Of a stretch of DNA of 18,793 nt, positions 1 through 9,276 are shown piece after piece. Source of the stretch: Octopus sinensis. Its lineage: Eukaryota. A program made the translations under genes and the position numbers. The notes under the pieces were generated by a model. The model saw only the letters and a list, made by a program, of their open reading frames with translations. It was not told where the DNA came from and made no database searches. Numbering within the stretch: position 1 is the first letter of the stretch; every line of letters begins with the position of its first letter. The stretch lies in contig NW_021824481.1 of NCBI RefSeq assembly GCF_006345805.1, forward strand, positions 1 through 18,793. The letters run 5' to 3'.

Positions 1-310
1 GTTCTTCAAGTTTGACCCGATTGCAACTGAAGTTACTAATATAATATCTGGATAATTTTTGGTGTTTAACAATCTATTCTTTTGTCGGATTCCAAGTCAA
101 TGTTTTCTACACTCATGTGCTATTTGATAATTTTCAGTTCTGAAAAAAATTATGTCTAAACTGGAATAAAATACGTAATGACAAATTTCAATTTCTTCTT
201 TTTAACTTCACGGTGTATCAATATATTGGGAAAAGAGCCAGTTTAGCAGATCGTGAAGAAGCTATAGAGAATATTCTATGTTGAGTTTTGGGATTTAGTC
301 AAGTTTCGTT

Positions 311-699
311 GTGGAGGCGCAATGGCCCAGTGGTTAGGGCAGCGGACTCGCGGTCGGAGGATCGTGGTTTCGATTCCCAGACCGGGCATTGTGAGTGTTT
401 ATTGAGCGAAAACACCTAAAGCTCCACGAGGCTCAGGCAGGGGATGGTGGTGATCCATGCTGTACTCTTTCACCACAACTTTCTCTCGCTCTTTCTTCCT
501 GTTTCTCTTGTACCTGTATTTCAAAGGGCCAGCCTTGTCACATTCTGTGTGTCACGCTGAATCTCCTCGAGAACTACGTTAAGGGTACACGTGTCTGTGG
601 AGTGCTCAGCCACTTGCACGTTAATATCACGAGCAAGCTGTTCCGTTGATCGTATCAGCTGGGACCCTCATCGTCGCAACCGACGGAGTGCTCCTATAA
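311..699 (+). mobile_element. Full-length tRNA-derived SINE (head A + tail 1) with 14-bp TSD
   Basis: Pol III A box TGGCCCAGTGG at 323-333 and B box GTTTCGATTCCC at 367-378. Perfect TSD AGTCAAGTTTCGTT at 297-310 and 700-713. The head recurs at 12141-12423 and 16571-16887 (minus); the tail recurs at about 11546-11725. Confidence 0.93.
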
Positions 700-1059
700 A
701 GTCAAGTTTCGTTAATATCGTAGGTGCAATTTTTCCATGATTCTCTTTCAATTTGATCTAGATATTTTATATTTTTGTTGCATTTCTGATCTTTGTGGTG
801 TCTAAGGATGGATAACGATGTGTTTGTGTCTTTTCTCAAAAATAATACCGGAGAAGTGAAGAGGCAAATTTAACTTATCTTATCTTACTCATTTTGCCCC
901 AGTAAAATTTATCTTTTATATGCTAAAGTAGGACAGAGATAATTTTCCGGAATACAGTTCAGATTATATATTTTAATGTATTTAGAAAAGGCATTTGCTT
1001 AGCTGATATCGTTTATTTAAGAAAGTGAACATTTGTAAAAGCATGCATTTTTCTCAAAG

Positions 1060-1170
1060 TCAAAAACGCAGTATAACTTACAAGATGAGGACAAATATTC
1101 CTCAAATATAAATAATATAAATAATGTAAATAATGTACATAATTCCTCATCTCTTAAATATAGAACTGTA
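1060..1170 (+). mobile_element. Possible truncated 3' terminus of a Penelope-like or other interspersed repeat
   Basis: ACAAGATGAGGACAAATATTCCTC...TAAATAATG repeats...AATTCCTCATCTCTTAAATATAGAACTGTA resembles, from memory only, an octopus repeat end that follows a hammerhead motif. A 9-bp inverted repeat lies at 1083-1091/1144-1152. Confidence 0.3.
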
Positions 1171-1699
1171 TACAGACATATTATTCATAATTTTCTGAAC
1201 ACAGTTTTAGTAAATAAATCTAGAGATAAATTTGTACGTCCATAATGTGAAAAATCAATGGGTGACTAATGCTCTTGAAAGAAGAAAGAAGCTTAGCGGC
1301 TGTGCAGTTTCTCAGCTAGGAAACTGTCTTAAGGAAGTGAAGCTTATCATTAAAATCCATTGGCAATATGGTTACGATGTATTAAATCGGCTCTCTCTCT
1401 CTCTTTGAGTTTGTACTATAGTCGATGCCATTAGAATACTGACACGAACCTGGTTCACATAGGACTAAAACAACCAATGTTGTCACAAATATAATTAGGT
1501 TATTGATAAGAATCTTCTAGATTGATAAGAATCTGCTGTTCATTTTTGTCAGTGAGCATGTTGTCATCTCTTTTGAGGAAATATCGGAGCTACATATGAA
1601 CCGGGAAAGAGGGCAAAATGTTACCCATTTTGTTGGCTTCATCAAACATTAAATTAACTTGGGATTGGGCCCATTAATTGATTAATTAATTAATTAATT

Positions 1700-2235
1700 T
1701 TCGAAGCCTTCACTATCGAGCGCAGCTGTGTGGGTTTCTGATATGGTTTGTTGTGATGCTCTTATCTTTATTGTATTGAAAGTGTTTTACGTAGAATGTC
1801 TGCGGTGCCTCGTAGTGCTATTTTCCGTATGCTATAAACACTTGTTAGTCCCGGTGTTTTTGTTATATATTTGTCCGAATATTTTTTTATCATACCTAAT
1901 GCGCCTAGTATGATATGAATTGTTTCTGTTTTTAAACTCCACATTCGAGTTACCTCTATTTCTAAATCTCCGTATTTTGAAAGTTTCGCCGTTTCTTTTA
2001 GAGAAAAATTATCATCTGTTGGTATTGATACTTCGATTAAAAAGCATTTTTTCCTTGTTGATCTCTATATCCGGCACATTGGCCTTAATTTCCCTATCTG
2101 TGTGTATTGGTATATACAATAGTATGGTTGCTTTCTCATTTTCTGTGACCTTTTCTGGCGGGTGCTTACACCATCTTTTTTTCTGTTGTTATTCCATAGC
2201 TTCCGATGTATATAAGTCCCCACTCTGTCGTGTCT
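1700..2235 (-). mobile_element. 5'-truncated R4/Dong-like non-LTR retrotransposon (copy A): decayed C-terminal restriction-like endonuclease region plus 3' UTR
   Basis: Manual minus-strand translation across frameshifts gives RHDRVGTYIH..GITTEKRWCKHPPEKVTENEKATIL..PIHTDREIKANVPDI..CFLIEVSIPTDDNFSLKETAKLSKYGDLEIEVTRMWSLKTETIHIILGALGMIKK..KIALRGTADILRKTLSIQ*, with the stop at 1768-1770. These are the RHD, PD..D/E, KY.DL, GALG and GTA.ILR motifs of R4/Dong ORFs. The 5' junction abuts (TAA)n. Confidence 0.88.
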
Positions 2236-2285
2236 TTATTATTACTGTTATCATTATCATTATTATCATTATTATTATTATTATT

Positions 2286-2318
<33 letters not shown>

Positions 2319-2323
2319 ATCAT
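2236..2323. repeat. Compound (ATT)n/(GTT)n microsatellite
   Basis: Directly visible; separates Dong-like copies A and B. Confidence 0.95.
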
Positions 2324-2497
2324 TGCCTTTGCACAGCTTCTAACGCTGGAGATGTACTACAGTGTCAGTTGTTCATTACTAGTGAACTAAAGTAACACTT
2401 CTTATTTTTCGAGCACCTTCCGGAATATTCGAGCGGTTCCAAGCAGTGCTGTTTTCTGCAAGTGCTCCACCCTTATTGCAGCCCCTATTTGTTCCAC

Positions 2498-2498
<1 letters not shown>
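2324..2498 (-). mobile_element. Short 3' end of a second R4/Dong-like LINE (copy B)
   Basis: Minus strand reads VEQIGAAIRVEHLQKTALLGTARIFRKVLEK* (stop 2402-2404), the typical R4/Dong C-terminus. About 80 nt of 3' UTR follows, and (TAA)n-type repeats flank both sides. Confidence 0.85.
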
Positions 2499-2540
<42 letters not shown>

Positions 2541-2584
2541 CATTATCATCATTATTATTATCATTATTATTATTATTATTATTA

Positions 2585-2616
<32 letters not shown>

Positions 2617-2635
2617 GTTATTATTATTATTATTA

Positions 2636-2674
<39 letters not shown>

Positions 2675-2686
2675 CATTATTATTAT
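2499..2686. repeat. (ATT)n/(TAA)n microsatellite, about 190 bp
   Basis: Directly visible; source of the poly-I/L/Y ORF artefacts. Confidence 0.97.
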
Positions 2687-2694
2687 TCCTTCAT

Positions 2695-2983
2695 AGTGTG
2701 GGTACATGGACTAGTGGTTAGGGCGTTTCAATCACGGTTGCGAGATCGTGGTTTCAGATCCTAGTCCGGGCGGTGTGCTGTGTTCTTGAGCAAAGCACTT
2801 CATCTCACGTTGCTCTACAACCGCTTCAACACCTGACGCATGGTACACAGTCCACCTGTTCAAGCAACATAGACTGGATGGAGAGAGTGCATACATTTGA
2901 TCACTATAAGACAAATCATTTGTGCAGGTCATTCGGTATGAGCTGAACACTCATACGTCACCTAACTCTGGAGAGTCTGCCAG
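2695..2983 (+). mobile_element. Diverged tRNA-derived SINE (head B + tail 3) with 8-bp TSD
   Basis: A-box-like TGGACTAGTGGTTAGG, B-box-like GGTTTCAGATCC, then TTCTTGAGCAAAGCACTTCATCTCACGTTGCTC shared with 16984-17280. TSD TCCTTCAT at 2687-2694 and 2984-2991. Confidence 0.8.
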
Positions 2984-2991
2984 TCCTTCAT

Positions 2992-3665
2992 TTGCACAGA
3001 GAATTTATTCTTAACACTGGTTCGTTTAACTGATACCCTATCGAATTGTTTAACGTCAGGTAGACAGTAATACATGCAGGATATCTGCTTTTCTAGAGTG
3101 TGGTCTTTCTCGATGGCAGAATGCTAGCATAAATTCCTATTTCTCTACTACCCACAAGGGGCTAAACACAGAGGAGACAAAGAAGGACAGACAAACGGAT
3201 TAAGTTGATTACCACAACCCCAGTGCGTAACTGGTACTTAATTTATCGACCTCGAAAAGATAAAAGGCAAAGTCCACCTCGGTGGAATTTGAACTCAGAA
3301 CGTAACGGCAAACGAAATACCTATTTCTTTACTGCCCACAAGGGGCTAAACACAGAGGGGACAAACAAGGACAGACAAACGGATTAAGTTGATTACATCG
3401 ACCCCAGTGTGTAACTGGTACTTAATTTATCGACCCCGAAAGGATGAAAGGCAAAGTCGACCTCGGCGGAATTTAAACTCAAAACGTAACGGCAGACGAA
3501 ATACCGCTAAGCATTTCGTCCGGCGTGCTAACATTTCTGCCAGCTCGTCGCTATGATAGCATAAATTCCGTTTGCGTCAAGGTGTTTCTAAAAGATTTTC
3601 GTCATCACCCCAAGAACACCGATGACAACTGTCACCACTTTTGCTTTCATATTCCACATTCTCTG
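2992..3665 (-). mobile_element. Third R4/Dong-like 3' fragment (copy C), interrupted by the SINE dimer at 3138-3552
   Basis: Minus strand 3665-3570 reads QRMWNMKAKVVTVVIGVLGVMTKIF*KHLDANG. It resumes after the SINE as ..AIEK/TTL..KADILHVLLST* (stop 3056-3058). With the 2695-2983 SINE removed, its 3' UTR runs into the (TAA)n array at 2686. Confidence 0.72.
3138..3552 (-). mobile_element. tRNA-derived SINE family C, head-to-tail dimer with one shared 17-bp TSD
   Basis: Two about 185-bp units (3138-3320 and 3321-3552); only the second has the tRNA head. TSD ATGCTAGCATAAATTCC at 3121-3137 vs ATGATAGCATAAATTCC at 3553-3569 (1 mismatch). Confidence 0.92.
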
Positions 3666-3964
3666 ACAAAAACGATTAGGGTGAATGTACTTACTCTAAA
3701 TACACACCTGTTGATTGGAAAACAATAATTGGACGAGGGCTCGTGGCCTCGTCGCTCAGGGTAATCCTGGATGTGCGGGTTTCTTTAATTCTTTCTATCT
3801 GGAATCACATACATTCAATGCTTTGTATACATTTATCTCATTTCACCATCATTCCCCTCTTCTATTACGTAAACCCCAACACAAATTGTAGATTGCTCTT
3901 GTAATGTCCCCTCATATATGTTCTTGCTGCAAATCAAAGGAATCAATGTTCTTGTAGTTATGAA

Positions 3965-4102
3965 CTGATTTGGCAGAATCAGTAGAGCGACGGACAAATA
4001 GTTGTTACTTCTGAGTTCAACTTCCACCTTAATGGACTTTGATTCTCATCTTTCGGAATTGATAGAAATAAAGAACCAGTCAAGAATTGGAATCGATTTA
4101 TT
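3965..4102 (+). mobile_element. Old degraded family C-like SINE
   Basis: TGGCAGAATC..TAGAGCG..TTCTGAGTTCAACTTCCACC..GACTTTG..TCATCTTTCGG..GATAGAAATAAAGAACCAGT aligns by eye with the copies at 13311 and 18149. Confidence 0.7.
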
Positions 4103-4164
4103 TCTGGTCTTTTGCTGATGTTGGAACGTTATTGTTGTTGTTATTGCTATTAAATATTTTGTAA

Positions 4165-4167
4165 TTG

Positions 4168-4200
<33 letters not shown>

Positions 4201-4456
4201 ATCATCATCATCATCATAATCATAATCATCATCATTATCATCATCGTCGTCGTCGTCATCATCATCAATATTGTCAGCGGCCATCATCATTCTCATCGTC
4301 ACCACCAGCACCAGCAACAGCAACAGCAGCAGCAGCACCACCCACCACCACCACCACCCCACCACCACCATCACCACCACCACCACCACCACCTTTCTCG
4401 TCCTCCTCCCCTCATCACCATCATCATCATCATCCTCGTACCCTCATCATCATCAT
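4165..4456. repeat. Compound trinucleotide tract (TCA)n/(TCG)n/(CAG)n/(CAC)n
   Basis: Directly visible. Confidence 0.95.
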
Positions 4457-5029
4457 TCTCTTTTTCTAAACTTTTCTTTTTGATTCCGCATCTATTTTGT
4501 TCAGTTTGATAGGATTCTTTTTATTTTTTTTATCTAACTATCTCTTATTAATTATTTTCCTTTCCTTTCATGCATGTACATCGGCTATTGAACTACCCAG
4601 TGTAATTTCGTGCTTGAATATTATATTTTTTATTCTCCTCTGCAACTCAACACGTCTCCCCACCGAGGCTTCATCAATGAGCGCTAGCGTATCAAACAGT
4701 GTTTATCACGCCTTGATAGGTTTGCTATGAATTAGAGTTATCGTATATAAAGTAGATGAAATTGAATTATTTTCCATAAAATTGCTTTAGGATACGAATT
4801 TATCTCAACAAATTCATATTACATTTTCATTGGTCGGACCTGGTTATTACAAAATCAGCAGAGCGAAGAAAAATCTTAACTAGTGAAATCCATGGGCAAG
4901 CGAAATGGTTGAAGTTCTACTCCGTACGCCTAATTTTGGAAAAAAATCATTCCTAACAACCTAAAAAATGTTATGAGAATAATTTATTCTTCTCCGTACT
5001 AAGACTTTCGAGAATTACAAAAAAAAAAA

Positions 5030-5113
5030 TGGTTTCAAATCTTCATATAAGAACAGCAGTTTTAAGGGACGAGGTAGGTCGATTATATCACGTCCAGTGC
5101 TCAACTGGTGCTT
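5030..5113 (-). mobile_element. 3' tail fragment of an older family C-related SINE
   Basis: GTCGATTATATCACGTCCAGTGCTCAACTGGTGCTT parallels GTCGACTAGATCGACCCCAGTACGCAACTGGTACTT of the adjacent copy, but the distal tail differs. Confidence 0.6.
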
Positions 5114-5316
5114 CTTTTTTCTACTCTAGGCACAAGGCCCGACATTTTGGGGGAGGGGGCCAGTCGACTAGATCGACCCCAGTACGCAACTGGTACTTAA
5201 TTTATCGAGCTCGAAAGGATGAAAGGCAAAGTTGGCCTCGGCGGAATTTGAACTCAGAACGTAAAGACAGAGGAATACTGCTAAGCATTTCGCCCGGTGT
5301 GCTAACAATTCTGCCA
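5114..5316 (-). mobile_element. tRNA-derived SINE family C (AGAGTAGAAAA-type tail)
   Basis: Reverse complement closely matches 13311-13526 and 18149-18383. Its 5' end abuts (TA)n. Confidence 0.9.
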
Positions 5317-5376
5317 TATATATATATATATATATATATATCTATATTCATTCATTCATTCTCATTCATTCATTCG
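5317..5376. repeat. (TA)n followed by (TTCA)n
   Basis: Directly visible. Confidence 0.9.
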
Positions 5377-5487
5377 GATCTAATTGTGGTATCTGAGGCG
5401 ACAACAAGATCATTCTACCTTCTATCACTGAAAGACATTCATGGGATGTGTGGCACAGGTGCGACTGTGAGGTAAGAAGTATGCGTC

Positions 5488-5635
5488 TCCTCCCTAACTG
5501 GCTAGGCGTGCAGGCCAACATCCCACCCCCACACCGATCGAATGGTTACTCCGTCGCAGGGGCAACCCATTGACAGTTGAGTGAAGTAAAACAATATGAA
5601 ATGAAGTGTTTTGCTCAAGAGCCCAACTCACCCCT
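5488..5635 (-). mobile_element. Internal fragment of a SINE (head-B core + start of tail 2)
   Basis: Minus strand TCTTGAGCAAAACACTTCATTTC (as in 16984-17280) followed by GTTGGCCTGCACGCCTAGCCAG (as in tail 2 at about 12210-12235). Confidence 0.6.
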
Positions 5636-5644
5636 TGTTCCATT

Positions 5645-6170
5645 GTTAACCTTCTTGCTTTGATCGGCCACGTCTTCTTTTACCTTGTGAAACACATTGC
5701 AAAGCGATCCTTACAATTGAGCTCAATTTATAGGGACAAACTCGACCCAGCCATTTCTATCTCCTTGCTTCAATAGTTTCTCTTATTGGTTTCACATCAG
5801 CTTTGGTGTGTAGTTGGCTATTTGAGATCACATTCGGCCAGTAGACCTTCAAAAGTTTTTCGTGAACATTTATTTCGAAACACCTTTAATTTCTTTTCAA
5901 TACTTTTGGTTGTTTTCCAATATTCGGATCTATGGATGAAGATACTAGGTATGTTGCTTTTGTAAAATCGTGATTTGGTGTTCTTGCTGAGTATTGATGA
6001 TTTCCATATTGCGTTTAAGATACCGAATGATTGGTTGATTTGGCTGATTCTTGCATTTATTTCATGAATGCAAACTCTATCCATTGTTATTTTGATGCTT
6101 TGATAGTTAAATTCGTCAATATTTGCGATTGGTTTATCGTTCAAAATCACATGGTCAGCATCTGTTATAT
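5645..6170 (-). pseudogene. RTE-clade LINE ORF, C-terminal part (decayed)
   Basis: ORF 5818..6183(-) gives VILNDKPIANIDEFNY..EINARISQINQSFGILNAIWKS..LSKNTK.RFYKSN..SEYWKTTKSIEKKLKVFRNKC. After frameshifts it continues FWPNVISN..KPIRETIEARR*KWLGRV and GKRRRGRSK, all hallmark post-RT RTE motifs. Confidence 0.88.
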
Positions 6171-6499
6171 CGCCCAGAGACAATAATTTATACTGAAATA
6201 AAAGAAGCGGATAAGGACTTGGAAATCAACGCAGGAGAGATCACGGTAAATGAAGTCATAAAAGCTACCGGTAAATTAAAAAACGGCAAATCATCAGGAT
6301 TAGATCGAGTTGTGCTTAAATTCTTAAAGCAGAATGGCTGTGTGGTAAGTAGCTTGCTTACGAACTACATGGTTCCGGGTTCAGTTCCACTGCGTGGCAC
6401 CTTGGGCAAGTGTCTTCTGCTATAGCCTCGACCCGACCAAAGCCTTGTGAGTGGATTTGGCAGACGGAAACTGAAAGAAGCCCGTCGTATATATATGTG

Positions 6500-6534
<35 letters not shown>

Positions 6535-7452
6535 GTGTGTCTGTTTTTTTCCCCCCCCCAACGTTGCTTGACAACCGATGCTGGCGTGTTTACGTCCCCG
6601 TAACTTAACGGTTCGGCAAAAGAGACCGATAGAATAAGTACTAAGCTTACAAAGAATTAGCCTTAGAGTCGATGTGCTCGATTAAAAGCGGTGCTCCAGT
6701 ATGGCTACAGTCAAATGACTGAAACAAGTAAATGAGTAAAAGAGTAAAGAGTAAATGAGGAAATACCGAACAGCTGGAAAAAAGGACTAATTGTGAAATT
6801 AAGAAAGAAAGTTGATGCACTAGACTGTAATAATTGTGGAGAGGAATCACTATATTACCAATCACCAGTAAAATATTCACCCATATCATATTGCAGCGCA
6901 TCACAGCAGCAGTTGGCCAATTACTTCGCCAAGAGCAAGCTGGATTTAGGAAAGGAAAAATCATTTATCGACAGTATTTTTGTAATTCGCCAAATACTTG
7001 AACAATCCCATAAACTCACCTTTGTGCATGCTGTTTGCTGATTTTAAAAGAAGCTTTCGATAGCATTCACCGACATACAATTTGGAAGATTCTAAGGCAC
7101 TATGGTTTCCCACACAAATTAGACAAGATGATGCGTTTATTGTATGAAAACTTTGAATGTTAAGTTATATTCTACAACAAACTGACAGATCCATTCGAAA
7201 TCAAAACCGGAGTCAAACAAGGATGCGTGTTATCACCGATCTTATTTTCATCGGCAGTGAATTGGTTGATGTAAAGAACGATAGAAGAATATAAACGTGG
7301 TATAGAATGAAAGACAACTCAACTAGAAGATTTAGATTATGCAAACGACATCTGTTTGTTCGCATACACGCGTCAAGAGTTACAAGACAAATCTGAAAGA
7401 CTTGGTCAAATTGGAAACACCATACGTCTCAAAATCAACAAGAAGAAAACGT
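6171..7452 (+). pseudogene. RTE-clade LINE reverse-transcriptase region (decayed, interrupted by SINE 6329-6753)
   Basis: Translation across frameshifts and stops: RPET..EITVNEVIKATGKLKNGKSSGLD..LK / EIPNSWKKGLIVKLRKK..DCNN.RGITILPITSKIF..EQAGFRKG..FVIRQILEQ..DF..AFDSIHR..WKILRHYGFP..TGVKQGCVLSPILF..LDYANDICL..LKINKKKT. The catalytic YADD is mutated to YAND. Confidence 0.92.
6329..6753 (+). mobile_element. tRNA-derived SINE family D (CORE-like motif, internal (GT)n, GTAAAAGA-type tail repeats)
   Basis: A box TGGCTGTGTGG, B-box-like GGTTCAGTTCC, and CACCTTGGGCAAGTGTCTT resembling the CORE-SINE domain. Near-identical to 10817-11263. Confidence 0.92.
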
Positions 7453-7740
7453 ACAGTCTTTGTAAAAATACATCGCATATATTTCCAAGCAATGATTAGT
7501 AAATTCATGAAACCGGTATGCTTTTGAATCTCTTTAAACAATTCACAATAATAACTTTTATTACTTTTATTCGTCCCTCAGTTCATTTAATTGTATATAT
7601 CTATCGTTACTTTTCATAAAAAGCCTTTACTTTTTTTGATTTCCAATGTGCATTTTCACTTCTTTTTCTTCTTACTTTCCCTTTACATTTCCACGTGTAG
7701 TTTCTATTTTCTTTTTGTAACATATTTCTATTATATATAT

Positions 7741-7945
7741 GTGACCGCGTGTGTACCATTGGCGATTTTTTTTCCTCTGTCTTCCCTTCTCTGGATCTTT
7801 CCTTCTCCTATGTTTCCGACGAAGAGCTCCACTCGAAACGTTAAACCCTCCTTCTTTCCTTCTTTCCTGAGCGTCCAATAATACTATATTTGTTCCACGT
7901 CCTCGCGTTGTTGTGTTTTTTTGTGCTTTCATGTTTGGATTAGCT
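7741..7945 (+). mobile_element. Probable Penelope-like element terminal-repeat fragment embedded in (AT)n
   Basis: About 200-bp pyrimidine-rich unit flanked on both sides by (AT)n. It contains a minimal hammerhead motif, the known signature of Penelope pseudo-LTRs. Confidence 0.6.
7812..7846 (+). ncRNA. Minimal type I hammerhead ribozyme motif (U4C variant)
   Basis: GTTT-CCGACGA-A-GAG-ctcca-CTC-GAAA-CGT-T-AAAC. Stem I is GTTT/AAAC, the core box is CCGACGA (canonical CUGANGA), stem II is GAG/CTC, followed by GAAA and a loopless palindromic stem III ACGT. Predicted cleavage is after GUU at 7842. Confidence 0.68.
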
Positions 7946-8952
7946 ATATATATATATATATATATCCGTATATATCTGTGTGTGTGTGTATACATGTATG
8001 CATGTGTATATTTATCTTTATAAGCATAAACAAATCTTATGTCGCCTTATCTCAAAGTGATCTTAGTGATTCGTTAAATACTGACAGACGAGCTATGTAT
8101 GTAGTGAGATAAATATGTTGAATTAGAACCACTGAGAGTGATGTCTCAATTTGCCCTTAGTCCAATGAATGGAACTAGTAAAAGAAGTAGAACTGTAGCC
8201 GAAGAATTTCAGAAGAATTGAAAGTATATTACAGAGGTTTATATTAATGCAAAGATTTTGTTGATAGCTTAGACTCAGTGGAAGAACAATCTCAATGACC
8301 AAATTAGGGATGAGCATGTCTAAACACGTGTTTCTGCCTAAAGAGGCGTTATCAGCACAGCAGGTATTCTACACTGTCTCCAGCATAACGAAGCAACTTA
8401 AACATATGCAAAAGTATATATAGATATACATTTAGGGTTTAGGTCATTTGTATGAATGAAACGAAAACGAGATACTTATATTTGTGTGCTCGTCAATGTG
8501 TTGTATTTTAAGTTTGTGTGTGGAAGCATTGGTAAGATTTCAGGCTATAATTAGGTTTTGTGACCGAAGTCATTGCAATTTTATTACAGTACATGATATA
8601 CACTTGGCTAAAATAAACTTAACACGCTTGATTTAAAACTTCTACAAGTTATTTACAACGGTCTTGTCTTTTCCGGGTTTTTTTCTGTTTTTTTTTTTTG
8701 TTTTTGGTTTCAAAGTTTGAACAAGTATTATATTATGTTGTATCATTCAATATGCACTGCACATATCTAATTGTAAATACATTGGTTCTCATATCAGGTG
8801 AAGAAAATTCCATGGTTATAAAACGGGAACGGAAAAAAAATAATAATCCGGCTATTGGGAAAGCTTTATCCCCAGAAAGAATTAAGTTTAAACCGTTGCA
8901 CGCATATTTCAAGCTGGGAGGAACTATACAATAAAGAAATACTGATTGCTTG

Positions 8953-9204
8953 TATACACACATGCACATGCACACACACACACACGCACAAACACAAACA
9001 TACACACACACACACACACGCTCACATGCACGCACATACATGCACACACGTGCACTTACACTCACAGGTTGTGTGTATATATATATATATATGAGCGTGT
9101 TTGCGTATGTTGTGTTTGCGTGTGTGCGTGTATGTGTGCTTGAATAAGTGTTATGTCTGCTTGTCTGCGTTTCTGGGATTGAAAGCGTATATATATATAT
9201 ATAT

Positions 9205-9239
<35 letters not shown>

Positions 9240-9276
9240 ATGCGTGGTGTGGTGTGTGTGTGTGTGTGTGTGTGTG
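8953..9276. repeat. Compound (CA)n/(TA)n/(TG)n microsatellite block
   Basis: Directly visible. Confidence 0.93.

Noticed and set aside
311-385. tRNA-like sequences at SINE heads
   Set aside because: No proper acceptor stem, and they continue into SINE bodies bounded by TSDs; not tRNA genes.
1920-2390. 156-aa hydrophobic plus-strand ORF
   Set aside because: It is the antisense of the Dong-like fragment plus microsatellite; the recognisable motifs are on the minus strand.
2446-2764. Poly-I/L/Y ORFs resembling membrane proteins
   Set aside because: Pure translation of the (ATT)n microsatellite.
3138-3552. Repeated units as a CRISPR array or satellite
   Set aside because: Only two long units without spacers, in a eukaryotic context; explained as a SINE dimer.
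4165-4509. Poly-S/I/Q/H/P ORF resembling a low-complexity transcription factor region
   Set aside because: Compound trinucleotide repeat with no ATG start, domain or splice support.
6358-6574. Near-identical ORFs here and at 10814-11240 suggesting a paralogous gene family
   Set aside because: They are antisense frames of family D SINE copies.
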